A stretch of DNA of 64,000 bases from a virus (lineage: Duplodnaviria > Caudoviricetes), in IMG/VR virus record IMGVR_UViG_3300032320_001447, positions 110,360 through 174,359 of that record. One strand, written 5' to 3'. Numbering within the stretch: position 1 is the stretch's first letter; each line of letters starts with the position of its first letter. The translations under genes and the position numbers were made by a program. The notes under the pieces were generated by a model. The model ran no database searches. It saw only the letters and a list, made by a program, of their open reading frames with translations, and was not told the origin of the DNA. Below, piece by piece: positions 39,452-49,058 of this stretch.

Positions 39452-40154
39452 ACTTTCTTATTACTCTTTGTATTTCCTCTTGTTTTTGTTTCTCAGTTAT
39501 CATGTTAGTAGTTCTAACTTCTGCGTTTCTATTTACTGCACAAACAGTATCAATAACTACTGGGTCTCCGTACATGTCAAATAATCTTTTATAGTATTCT
39601 ACGTCTACTAGCCAATTTAAAGACTCATCAAACATGGGTAAAAATTGTTCATTTCTTACGGTTAATACTGAAGGACAACTTATAGTGTTTATTCCTGCAT
39701 ATATGCGAGGGTGATAATATGGAGTCATTCTATCGTACATTGTAATACAGTCATCCGTATGTACGCACGCAGTAATAAACCAGTCTTTATCTTGATTCTC
39801 TACAATGCTATCGTATATGATTTGAAGCGAGTCTGTATCATAAAGGAAATCATCTTGAAATAACATCTTAATAAATAAACCTTCACAGCTTCTAATTGCG
39901 TTATTCATATTAGGCGCTATCTTTCCTTTACCATGATGGTTTCTATTCCATATTATGGGCATCTGACTATTCCATGCTTCGCATAATTGTTTTATACCAT
40001 TATCTTCACTATGATCTGATATGACTACTTCGTAATCTGTAAAACTCTGCTGCGCTATTATGTTAAATGAGTGCTCTAGATATTCGACTCCTTTACCTCG
40101 AATTCCCCATGTGGGAATAGCAATACTAAAAAAAGGTTTTACTTTACTATCCAT
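39438..40154 (-). CDS. GT2 glycosyltransferase
   Basis: 'FSIAIPT', 'ISDHS', 'LFQDD', 'WLVDVEY'; likely start ATG 40154. Confidence 0.8.
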   Translation of the reverse strand: MDSKVKPFFSIAIPTWGIRGKGVEYLEHSFNIIAQQSFTDYEVVISDHSEDNGIKQLCEAWNSQMPIIWNRNHHGKGKIAPNMNNAIRSCEGLFIKMLFQDDFLYDTDSLQIIYDSIVENQDKDWFITACVHTDDCITMYDRMTPYYHPRIYAGINTISCPSVLTVRNEQFLPMFDESLNWLVDVEYYKRLFDMYGDPVVIDTVCAVNRNAEVRTTNMITEKQKQEEIQRVIRKYETK

Positions 40155-40975
40155 GATTGAGGGTATAAATCTTTTGTATTGTGAACGTGTTTGTATGCAG
40201 GTCCGAACCAACGTTTTGGAGCTACAACTCTTTTATTTGTGTTATCGTTTAGCCATGCGCCCCACCAACTAAAACTACTATTTGCTATTACGTTATGATC
40301 GCACATTGTCATCATACACATATCGACTGCAGGATCATTTCCTTCGACATATACAATATTTTCTTGTTCTCCAAATAATTCTTTTGCATATTCTATATCG
40401 TCTGAGAATATTAAGAAACAATAATCTCCATCCATAAATTCAGTCATAGCATCGAAGTAATAATCCGCATCCATAACTGGATGGAACTGTTGAAGACCTG
40501 CATAATCTCCTCTTCTTAAATGTATCGATACGTATTCTACTTTACTAGAAAATTGTGGAAAGCTATTTTCTGCTTGTTTTTTAATCTCTTTATCAAATTG
40601 AAAGAATCCTAATATTAAATCAGAACAGTGCTCAAAGTACTTTTCAGTTTGAAAGTATCCCATTAAATTGGTCTGATCAGGTACGGTGAATAAGTCAGGG
40701 CAAAAATGGAAATATGGCTCTTGAGCGATGTGATATGTTTGTATCTCTTCTAAAGGTTGTAGAGTTCTTTCTACATTTGGAAAGTATTTTGGCAAATCAA
40801 AATAGACTTCTCGTCTAACTCCGTCTTTAAAGTCTTCTACACTAGGCACTTCAGTATTCTCTTTTGGAAATGCGAATAATTGATTTGCTTTTCTGGCAAT
40901 ACCAACAGTGGCAGCGAATTGAAACATTTGGTTACCGAGACGACCATGCTTTCCTATGTACTTGAATGAAATCAT
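40139..40975 (-). CDS. GT11 alpha-1,2-fucosyltransferase family
   Basis: 'GRLGNQMFQ', 'GYFQTEKYF', 'HLRRGDY', 'FSDD', 'ANSSFSWWGAWL'. Confidence 0.9.
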   Translation of the reverse strand: MISFKYIGKHGRLGNQMFQFAATVGIARKANQLFAFPKENTEVPSVEDFKDGVRREVYFDLPKYFPNVERTLQPLEEIQTYHIAQEPYFHFCPDLFTVPDQTNLMGYFQTEKYFEHCSDLILGFFQFDKEIKKQAENSFPQFSSKVEYVSIHLRRGDYAGLQQFHPVMDADYYFDAMTEFMDGDYCFLIFSDDIEYAKELFGEQENIVYVEGNDPAVDMCMMTMCDHNVIANSSFSWWGAWLNDNTNKRVVAPKRWFGPAYKHVHNTKDLYPQSWIVK

Positions 40976-41619
40976 TTTGTTTTAAATTTTAATCTGCCTA
41001 ATTTCCAACCATTTTTAATATATGATTCTACATCATTAGGTTTTATTTGTGATTGAATTTCCTCTTTATACATCCATTTAGACCCTAGTATGGTTTTAGA
41101 TATTTTAGATTTAGCTTCTGGATTCCTACGAATAGGATTATTATCTCCCATTTTAATCTTCCTCATCTTTTCTAGAGTTGCTTCTGAATGTTTTATTCCA
41201 AATCTATTGTTAGCTGATCCTGCATATAATTTAAGTTTTGCTTTAGTTTCATCTGTGTGTAATCTCCCAGTATTTTTCTCTCTTATTTTTTGTTTAGTTT
41301 CTTCTGTCATAATATGAAAATTTCCAGGATCTTGTAAATTTAGCATTTCACATCCGCAATCTTTATATAAATCATAATATAGTTTTTCATATTGATTAAT
41401 AATATCAAGGCTTACATCTTCAGGAAGCTCATGTATTAATTCAAATGCATGATTTTCTTTTCCGTGTTTTACCATAGATGCATATAATTTACTATTACGT
41501 TTAATAAATTTAGCAATATGATTGTGTGTGTTTACTCGTTTTCTAACATTTCTACTCTGCCCAATATATATTTTATTTTTAGGACTAGTTATCTTATATA
41601 TTCCAGGATTGTTTGTCAT
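40972..41619 (-). CDS. GIY-YIG homing endonuclease with NUMOD3 repeats
   Basis: 'GIYKITSP...YIGQS', 'HTDETKAKL', 'HSEATLEKM'; own ATATTTATA motif. Confidence 0.85.
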   Translation of the reverse strand: MTNNPGIYKITSPKNKIYIGQSRNVRKRVNTHNHIAKFIKRNSKLYASMVKHGKENHAFELIHELPEDVSLDIINQYEKLYYDLYKDCGCEMLNLQDPGNFHIMTEETKQKIREKNTGRLHTDETKAKLKLYAGSANNRFGIKHSEATLEKMRKIKMGDNNPIRRNPEAKSKISKTILGSKWMYKEEIQSQIKPNDVESYIKNGWKLGRLKFKTK

Positions 41620-41677
41620 TATCTTTTTATATAAATATTAAGCTACCGACCAAAATGTCCTATCTTATTATAAGTTA

Positions 41678-42493
41678 TCATAACAATTCTTTAATTGATT
41701 CGTAAACTCCTTTCGATGGAAAAAATCCTAATGATCCTAATTTGCTACAATCTAAATACATAGATTCGACTTGTACTATCTTATGAAAGTCTGAAGGTTC
41801 CATGTTTCCTATCTCGCTGTGTGATCCTATTTCATGATGAGCGTAAGCTACGATATCTTTAAATAACGTTGGTTTTCTTGCAGATCCTAAATTATATATT
41901 TCTCCGTTTTCTCCACGATCCATAACAAACTTAATACCGTTTACTACATCGTCTACGTGTACAAAGTCTCTATAGAATTCTCCGTTATTGTACAAGTTAA
42001 TGTCTCTATCCACTTTCATCTCGTCAATAAGAAATTGTAGTGCATTCTTTTTCTTTGAAGCTTTACCGTCTCCTTTGCCTATTACGTTTCCAAGTCTTAC
42101 TATGTTATATCTGATACTGAAAGTCTTACAGTAAGATTCTATCAACTGCTCTGCGGCTAATTTAGTTATTGAATAGAATCCTTTAGGTTTACAAGGAGAA
42201 GATTCTCTAGCTGGTAGATGTGTATCTCCATAAACAAACCAAGAACTTATGAAAGTAAAATGAATGTCTTTGTTTTTGCAATTCTCTAGTACTTTCATTA
42301 AATGAATAAGATTGGTTTCTATATCAACGAATGGATTTTCTAACACATTGTAGTTATCTACTGTACTGATCAAATACAATACTCTATTAGATCTAGGTTG
42401 TACTTCCTCTCTTGGTATTACGACTGAATCTTCTTTATATTTGTTATAGAATTTTGATCCTATAAATCCTGTTCCTCCAAATATCGATATCAT
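41678..42493 (-). CDS. NAD-dependent NDP-sugar epimerase/reductase
   Basis: GGTGFIG, YSITK, 'RDFVHVDD'. Confidence 0.85.
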   Translation of the reverse strand: MISIFGGTGFIGSKFYNKYKEDSVVIPREEVQPRSNRVLYLISTVDNYNVLENPFVDIETNLIHLMKVLENCKNKDIHFTFISSWFVYGDTHLPARESSPCKPKGFYSITKLAAEQLIESYCKTFSIRYNIVRLGNVIGKGDGKASKKKNALQFLIDEMKVDRDINLYNNGEFYRDFVHVDDVVNGIKFVMDRGENGEIYNLGSARKPTLFKDIVAYAHHEIGSHSEIGNMEPSDFHKIVQVESMYLDCSKLGSLGFFPSKGVYESIKELL

Positions 42494-43779
42494 TATTTAA
42501 ACTTTTTTACTACTTCTTCAATATATTCAAATACCTCGTTAGTGTAATGAGGCGCCGCACCAATAAAGAATACTTTATCCAATACCTTATTAGCTTCAGG
42601 ATATTTATTGCTATCATCTAAGAAGCTATAGCCTGGGTGTAGTAATATATTACCAGCAAAATAGTTTCTTGTTTGTATTTTATTTGCTTCTAAGAATGCC
42701 ACTAATCTGTGTTTCAATCCATCTTCTTCGCATATAAACGGAGTTCCAAACCAACAAGGATCTGCTTTCTCTAATTTACTTGGTGCTCTTAAACTTGGAA
42801 TATTATCTGTGAATATCTTTGTTAGTCTTTCTCTTGCCGCTCTTCTCTTCTCTTCCATTCTATCTAACTTAATTAACTGCTCTAATCCAATTGCGCCTTG
42901 TAAATCTAAAGGTTTTAAGTTATAACCCATTTGAGAGAATACATACTTATGATCGATAACTCCATCGTAACTGTCTAACCACTTATCGAATCTATTTCCG
43001 CATGTTCCACACGGTAATAAGTTAGCAGATCCAATACAGTAGCAATCTCTACCCCACCAACTGATGCTTACGAATAGTTTCTTTAGTTCATCATCATTAG
43101 TACAAATCATTCCGCCTTCACCAGTTGAAATGTGATGGGCTGGATAAAATGAATTAGAAAATGCGACATAGTATTCGCTTAAGAATTTACCATTCCATTT
43201 AGATCCTAAGCTATCGCAGTTGTCTCCAACTAATTTTAAGTTGTACTTCTCTGCTAATTGAATTAATCTATCCATATTTGGAGGATTACCTAATACAGGC
43301 GATACAAAAATTGCTCTTGTTCTATCTGTGATCTTCGCTTCCACTTGATCTAAATCAAAGTTAAGTGTATCCCATTCAATATCAGCAAATACCGATTTTA
43401 ATCTGTGTTGATATAGTACAGACACTGTTGTCGCGAATCCAACTGGAGATACAATAACTTCATCGTCATCAGCCCAATTGAATCTCTTCTTCAGTGCTGC
43501 TATCATTACTAAATTAGCAGAGCTTCCTGAATTCACCATGTGTGAGTGCTTAACATTAAATCGCTTGCTAAATCTATTCTCAAATTTATAAACTTTTTCT
43601 CCTGTTGTAATCCACTTTCCGTTTAAGAAACTTTCAATAGCTGCTTCTGTTTCTTTGTTGTCCCAATAAGGTCCACTGTAATAGATTGGCGTAATACCAG
43701 GCGTAAAGTTCTTTGCGTTGTATATGTAGGGCGCTACGTGGTTACCTACTAACTCTTGTATGTTTTCTAATTTTATCAT
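42493..43779 (-). CDS. rfbH: NDP-4-keto-6-deoxyhexose 3-dehydrase (RfbH/DdhC-like)
   Basis: DegT fold with His in place of the Schiff-base Lys ('SFYPAHHISTGEGG'), Cys cluster 'GRDCYC...CGTCGNRF', 'DHKY'. Confidence 0.8.
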   Translation of the reverse strand: MIKLENIQELVGNHVAPYIYNAKNFTPGITPIYYSGPYWDNKETEAAIESFLNGKWITTGEKVYKFENRFSKRFNVKHSHMVNSGSSANLVMIAALKKRFNWADDDEVIVSPVGFATTVSVLYQHRLKSVFADIEWDTLNFDLDQVEAKITDRTRAIFVSPVLGNPPNMDRLIQLAEKYNLKLVGDNCDSLGSKWNGKFLSEYYVAFSNSFYPAHHISTGEGGMICTNDDELKKLFVSISWWGRDCYCIGSANLLPCGTCGNRFDKWLDSYDGVIDHKYVFSQMGYNLKPLDLQGAIGLEQLIKLDRMEEKRRAARERLTKIFTDNIPSLRAPSKLEKADPCWFGTPFICEEDGLKHRLVAFLEANKIQTRNYFAGNILLHPGYSFLDDSNKYPEANKVLDKVFFIGAAPHYTNEVFEYIEEVVKKFK

Positions 43780-44447
43780 TTTATGTTTGGGTTGAATATG
43801 TAACATTCTAATCTTTCTATAATCCATGGAGCAACGTCTTTTTCTAATAAAAAATCTGCTACGTGTTTATAAAATTCTTTAGATCTTAATTTTGCGTGTT
43901 CTTTTGTAATTCCAAAATGTCCTCCTGGTATGAATTCGTATTGTGCAGGAGGCGCTTGATTAAAAAATCTATTCCAATATCTATCTACATCAATATTAGG
44001 ATTGCTGTCTTGTGGTGCGCCATTACTTTGACATATCAGTACTCTACCTTCTCCGTGATGCGTAGATGGGCTTAATGCCCACATTGAACCACCTAATGGA
44101 GATGGAACTGTTATAGTATTAAAATGGAATCCGTAGTATCCTCCTATTTTTAATTGACACCTCGAATCTTCTGTATTATTGTTTACCACTTCTATGACGT
44201 CTTCCCAATGATCGAATGGATAATCTTGTGCAAAGAAAGTAATGTCTGATAGATTATCGTAGTTCGTGTATATATGATTAAAGAAAGAGTGTACGCACCT
44301 TCCTTTGTTTGGTTCTATCTTAATTTCGTTCTCTCTTTGTTTTTCTTCTTCTCCTTTTCTATATACAGTTACCTTAATTTCAGGATTTAGTTTATCTAAC
44401 CAATCTAAATACCTATCGTATGCTGCTATAACTAATTCTCTTGTCAT
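43776..44447 (-). CDS. DUF3431-like protein
   Basis: 'PNKGRCVHSFFNHIYTNYDNL...FFAQDYPFDH', 'PWIIERL'. Confidence 0.65.
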   Translation of the reverse strand: MTRELVIAAYDRYLDWLDKLNPEIKVTVYRKGEEEKQRENEIKIEPNKGRCVHSFFNHIYTNYDNLSDITFFAQDYPFDHWEDVIEVVNNNTEDSRCQLKIGGYYGFHFNTITVPSPLGGSMWALSPSTHHGEGRVLICQSNGAPQDSNPNIDVDRYWNRFFNQAPPAQYEFIPGGHFGITKEHAKLRSKEFYKHVADFLLEKDVAPWIIERLECYIFNPNIK

Positions 44448-45349
44448 TACTTTCTAACGTTTGGATAGTTTAATATAAACCATTCTATTGACTCTTTTAA
44501 ACCTTTCTCCAAAGTGGTGAATTCGTAGTCTCCAATAATACTCAAAAGTTTGGCATTAGAAGATGGTTTTCTGTGTTGACCATTTGGTTTGTCTGTCAAC
44601 CACTTTACATTGCCATTGAAGCCCATGTACTCCACAATCAGATCAACTACTTGCTTAATAGAATACTCAGTTGGATTGGATATAATCACAGGATCAGTTC
44701 CCTCGTATTTCTGGATAAGTAAATCCACTATATTAGCCACATCTTTTGAATAAACAAATTCTCTAAGTGGAGTACCATCACCCCATACTTCAAACGTTTT
44801 TCTATTTTTCTTAGCGAGATAGCACTTATGAATTAGCATTGGAATAACATGACCAACTTCTAAGCTATAGTTATCGTTTGGACCATATACATTACAAGGA
44901 ATCACTGAAAAATATTGCGTACCGTATTGTTGATTGAATGCTCTGATTTGTACGTCCGCCATTCTCTTAGCGTAAGCGTAAGCAAAGTTTGATGGATGAG
45001 GAGGACCTAGCTCTATCTTAGTTTCGTCTAATGGGTATTCCACTTTATCTGGGAATACACACGTGGATAAAAAAGAAACTAATTTTGGAATTTTTAATTC
45101 GTAACAAGCTTGAATAACATTAGTATTGATTCTAATATTGTCCATGAAAAAATTAGCGGGGAATTCCATATTGGCTCCTAAGCCTCCTACTTTGGCAGCG
45201 CAATGAATCATCACCTCGGGTTGTTCAACTGCTATAGTATAATAAGTAGCATTATAGTTTCTTAAATCTACTACTGAAGATCCTATTTTAGTTCCCTCTT
45301 TAAAAGCCGATCCTATTAAACCAGTTCCCCCAGTTATTAATTTATTCAT
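44447..45349 (-). CDS. fcl: GDP-L-fucose synthase-family epimerase/reductase (Fcl/ColC)
   Basis: 'AAKVGG', 'LSTCVFP', 'YAYAKR', 'NVYGPNDNY', 'HVIP', 'WGDGTPLREF'. Confidence 0.9.
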   Translation of the reverse strand: MNKLITGGTGLIGSAFKEGTKIGSSVVDLRNYNATYYTIAVEQPEVMIHCAAKVGGLGANMEFPANFFMDNIRINTNVIQACYELKIPKLVSFLSTCVFPDKVEYPLDETKIELGPPHPSNFAYAYAKRMADVQIRAFNQQYGTQYFSVIPCNVYGPNDNYSLEVGHVIPMLIHKCYLAKKNRKTFEVWGDGTPLREFVYSKDVANIVDLLIQKYEGTDPVIISNPTEYSIKQVVDLIVEYMGFNGNVKWLTDKPNGQHRKPSSNAKLLSIIGDYEFTTLEKGLKESIEWFILNYPNVRK

Positions 45350-46332
45350 TAGAATACTTTATTTAATTCAAGTTTCCAATACTCGATCATCTCATCAAGC
45401 ATTGTTTCAAATGTGTATGTAGGTTTCCAACCTGTGGCTTTCATCAATTTACTAGGATCTCCTTTTAAATCTGTCAACTCTTCAGGTCTTAAAAATTTCA
45501 TGTCTAATTTTACGTAGTCTTTATAGTCCATATTTAATCGACTAAATACATACTCGCATAATTCTCTAACAGAATGAGAAACTCCAGTTGCACAAACAAA
45601 ATCGTTGGGCTCTTCCAATTGTAGTATTCTCCACATTGCTTCTACGTAATCTTTAGCGTGACCCCAATCTCTTGTGGCTTCTAAGTTTCCTAATCTTAAT
45701 TCTTTTGATTGACCGTAGAATATTTTAACCGCTTCTTTAACTACTTTATTCGTTACGAAGTTTGTGCCTCTTCTTGGAGATTCGTGGTTAAATAGAATTC
45801 CGTTAGACACATACATGCCGTAAGAATTTCTATAGTTCCTCGTAATGTTATATCCAAATACTTTAGCGCATCCGTAAGGAGATACTGGGTTCATCGGCGT
45901 GTTCTCTCTTTGAAATCTGTCTGTATCTATAGAATTACCAAACATTTCAGAAGAAGAGGCTTGGTATATTTTTGCATTCTTACACATAGATAGCGTGGCT
46001 TCCAATAGATTAAGAGTTCCAATTGCGACTGTATTTGCGGTGTATACTGGTTGATCGAACGATATTCTTACATGAGATTGAGCAGCTAAGTTGTATATCT
46101 CATCCGGTTGTACTTTGCTTAACACTCTATTAAGAGATGCTAGATCAGTCATATCAGCATAAGTCAAATTATCTTTGATCTGATTGTATACTTTGATTCT
46201 CGCTGTTTGATTCTCTGCTACGGAGTTTCTCTTCAATATGCCGTGTACTTCGTAACCTTTATCTAATAGTAACTCTGCCAAGTAAGATCCGTCTTGACCG
46301 TTAATTCCAGTAATTAATGCTACTTTACTCAT
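45349..46332 (-). CDS. gmd: GDP-mannose 4,6-dehydratase
   Basis: 'ITGINGQDGSYLA', 'NLAAQSHV', 'YQASSSEMFG', 'NHESPRRG', 'RDWGHAKDYV'. Confidence 0.95.
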   Translation of the reverse strand: MSKVALITGINGQDGSYLAELLLDKGYEVHGILKRNSVAENQTARIKVYNQIKDNLTYADMTDLASLNRVLSKVQPDEIYNLAAQSHVRISFDQPVYTANTVAIGTLNLLEATLSMCKNAKIYQASSSEMFGNSIDTDRFQRENTPMNPVSPYGCAKVFGYNITRNYRNSYGMYVSNGILFNHESPRRGTNFVTNKVVKEAVKIFYGQSKELRLGNLEATRDWGHAKDYVEAMWRILQLEEPNDFVCATGVSHSVRELCEYVFSRLNMDYKDYVKLDMKFLRPEELTDLKGDPSKLMKATGWKPTYTFETMLDEMIEYWKLELNKVF

Positions 46333-46940
46333 ATAGTGTTGTATAAAGAATTTTGTTTTACTTGTCTGTCAATATCTTTAGGATGATATAAAGCCCAGTC
46401 TTCAAATTCTGCAGGAAATATAGAAGAGGTTTTCCAACCTTCTAATCTTTCGTGAACTTTTCCAACCCATTGTATTGAAGCAAGGTTCTTACATATTCTC
46501 GTTTGGTAATCAGGCCAGTTGACTCTACCTTTTTCGTCTACTCTCCAATGCCATGTTTTAATGTGTTCTTCTGTAAGACCTTTAACCGTGTTTACTCTAG
46601 GAACTCCATAACATTCTACACTGTTGTTTGCTTCTAAAACTTCTTTAATTAATTTTAATAAGTGCTCAGATAGGTATTCGTCTGCATCGATAAAAAAGAT
46701 GTAGTCACCGGTGCAGTTATTTTTTAGGTTGTTTTTAAAAGACGCAAAATCTTTATTAAGAGGAAATGTAATTGACTTTACTGGATACGAGTCTACAACA
46801 AACTTTACTTTGTCTGTAGCAGTATCATCTAACTGAATAATGATCTCATCTCCTAGATCCTTACCTTCGGTAAGTTGCTTTAGTAGTCTATTTAATTCTT
46901 CCGCCTCGTTGTGTGCAGTAATCGCGTAACTTATTTTCAT
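46329..46940 (-). CDS. GT2 glycosyltransferase
   Basis: 'FFIDADE', 'PRVN', 'WPDYQTR', 'VHERL'. Confidence 0.85.
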   Translation of the reverse strand: MKISYAITAHNEAEELNRLLKQLTEGKDLGDEIIIQLDDTATDKVKFVVDSYPVKSITFPLNKDFASFKNNLKNNCTGDYIFFIDADEYLSEHLLKLIKEVLEANNSVECYGVPRVNTVKGLTEEHIKTWHWRVDEKGRVNWPDYQTRICKNLASIQWVGKVHERLEGWKTSSIFPAEFEDWALYHPKDIDRQVKQNSLYNTI

Positions 46941-46945
46941 ATTCT

Positions 46946-47392
46946 TTATTTTATATCAAACAATCCTATATAATCGCATGCAGCAAAGAAATCTGTTTCA
47001 AATCCTTGTAAGCTAGCTGAATCTGATTTGTGAGTCTTGCCTTTAAATTTAGGAAGCTCTTTCTCTTCTTCTGTTAATTCTATAGTTTTAATTCCAGCCC
47101 ACTGCCAATCCTCTTTAGAACCGCCATTCGCAAATACGGTGCCTTTGTCTTCTATGTTAATTGCTTGAGGATACCATACACGACCTTGTTCATCTGTGTG
47201 TTTTAGATCTTTATAGAGTTCAGGCATTTCTTCTTCGTATTGTTCGAAATCAAATTCTCCCTCCGTCATTAAATCGCTAGTTGTAAAACCACAACTAAAG
47301 CATGCATAAGCATTGTGGAACTCGTTGATTGGAGTTATATAGCATGCATCTTCTGCGTTACACTTTGGACATGATGTTAATTGATCAGTCAT
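46946..47392 (-). CDS. Zinc-ribbon hypothetical protein
   Basis: CPKC...CFSCG. Confidence 0.6.
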   Translation of the reverse strand: MTDQLTSCPKCNAEDACYITPINEFHNAYACFSCGFTTSDLMTEGEFDFEQYEEEMPELYKDLKHTDEQGRVWYPQAINIEDKGTVFANGGSKEDWQWAGIKTIELTEEEKELPKFKGKTHKSDSASLQGFETDFFAACDYIGLFDIK

Positions 47393-47699
47393 TTAATATG
47401 GTTTTATCGTTAGCTATTGTTGTTGTATACCAATTTGGTGCGCCATTTGTAGTATACGTTATATTACTACCTGTCGTGAACGTAATAGAAGTAGTTCCAG
47501 GTGTCGTAGTTATTGCGGGGCTGGAGATATAAGTTCCATTAGGAGTTCCCCATCCTGTTACTGCAGTTGCTATGTACGGTTCATCGCTAACCTTTGCTAG
47601 TTCTTCTTTTAATAAGTCCCACTGTTTAGGAGTTACGTTAAAGTCGTGAACTCCTTCAGTGAATCCTCGAAGCCATAAAATAAATTGTTGTGAGGTCAT
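47385..47699 (-). CDS. Hypothetical protein with Thr-rich tail
   Basis: 'MTSQQFILWLRGF...QWDLLKEEL'. Confidence 0.6.
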   Translation of the reverse strand: MTSQQFILWLRGFTEGVHDFNVTPKQWDLLKEELAKVSDEPYIATAVTGWGTPNGTYISSPAITTTPGTTSITFTTGSNITYTTNGAPNWYTTTIANDKTILND

Positions 47700-47730
47700 A
47701 AAATTTTTTTTAATTTTTTTTGTTTTTGAG

Positions 47731-49020
47731 CTAATATTTAACTTCTATTTTTTTTAGTTTAGGTAATTGTAATCCCACACTTTTAGGAACTTTATCCATG
47801 TAAGAGCTTAATAACTTCTTCATCTCTTCAAAACTAAATTTGGTTTTAGATTGATGAGCTTGTTTCTTTGCTCTCTCTTCGTACTTAGCATATTTGTTGA
47901 ATACGTCGTTTAAATAAAACTCTACTTGTTTAATATCTGGATTAAACCAACCGGATTCTGGTATCAACATATCTTTTACTACCGCTGATGGATGTATTTG
48001 TCTTACTTCTCCGCCTATCATACACACGCTTTCCATAAACAAGAAATCAGTGTGACCTGACCATGCTGTTGTGATCAATGGTTTTTTTGATAGGGTAAAT
48101 TCTAATAAAGGTCTACCGAATCCCTCGCCTTTTGTTAGATTCACCATAGCTTTTACTTTAGGGTGATTGTAAAGATTATTCACATCTTTATCGTCTAACT
48201 CTCCGTGTAATAGATAAATGTTAGGTAAATCTCCAGTAACAGTGTTTCTAATAAGATCTATCTTTCTAAGCATTTCGTCTCTATCCATAATTGAAGATCC
48301 TGCGCCTGATACTTTTAATATTAATCCTGGTCTACTCTTCTTATTTCTAAATGTTTCTAAGAAAGTTTTTATTAACAATCCAACATTCTTTCTGTCTTCG
48401 CCTAAATCTCCTTGAAGCCAGTGACCTACGAATAAGTAGCAGAACTCTTCTTTGATTTCGTCTAGCTCAAGTACTAGTTCTGTTTCTTCAAGATCATCGT
48501 CAGCTATAGGGAAGTATTTGTTTAAGTCAACTCCTTCAAATAAAACTTCAACTGGTTTTTCTAATTTAATTTGTCTAATTGTTTGACCTTGTTGATTTCT
48601 CTCTTCAAAATTAGATTGTTCAAAAACAGTCTTCGCATGATTTGAAGATACTAATGTTAAATTCATTCTATTTACTCCTTCAATCCAAGACGCATGACAT
48701 AGTGTAGTTTCTATACCTGCTGTTACTCCGATGTTGTATTTTCCAACGGCTTGAAACTCGTTAGGAACTGTTATCTGAATCCACAAATCAGGTTGTTTTG
48801 TCATGGGTTGCTTCATAACTAATGACTCTAAAAAGCCCCAATCCTGTTCGTGATCTTTAATGTATCCCCAAGGAGTAGATCCCCATCTCTGAGGCATTAT
48901 ATTTATATCGTATTCTTCTTTTTTAGATTCATACAAAGCTTTTACAAAATCGCGAGCTCTAGCTCCGTAACCTGCGTAACAATCTATTGGACATGATATA
49001 ACCACATATTGTTTACTCAT
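47731..49020 (-). CDS. GT4-like (GT-B) glycosyltransferase
   Basis: 'RKNVG', 'KGEGFGRPLLE', 'WSGHTDF'. Confidence 0.85.
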   Translation of the reverse strand: MSKQYVVISCPIDCYAGYGARARDFVKALYESKKEEYDINIMPQRWGSTPWGYIKDHEQDWGFLESLVMKQPMTKQPDLWIQITVPNEFQAVGKYNIGVTAGIETTLCHASWIEGVNRMNLTLVSSNHAKTVFEQSNFEERNQQGQTIRQIKLEKPVEVLFEGVDLNKYFPIADDDLEETELVLELDEIKEEFCYLFVGHWLQGDLGEDRKNVGLLIKTFLETFRNKKSRPGLILKVSGAGSSIMDRDEMLRKIDLIRNTVTGDLPNIYLLHGELDDKDVNNLYNHPKVKAMVNLTKGEGFGRPLLEFTLSKKPLITTAWSGHTDFLFMESVCMIGGEVRQIHPSAVVKDMLIPESGWFNPDIKQVEFYLNDVFNKYAKYEERAKKQAHQSKTKFSFEEMKKLLSSYMDKVPKSVGLQLPKLKKIEVKY

Positions 49021-49058
49021 ACTATTTATTCTTTTTAATTTTTTACTTATCTTGTGTA

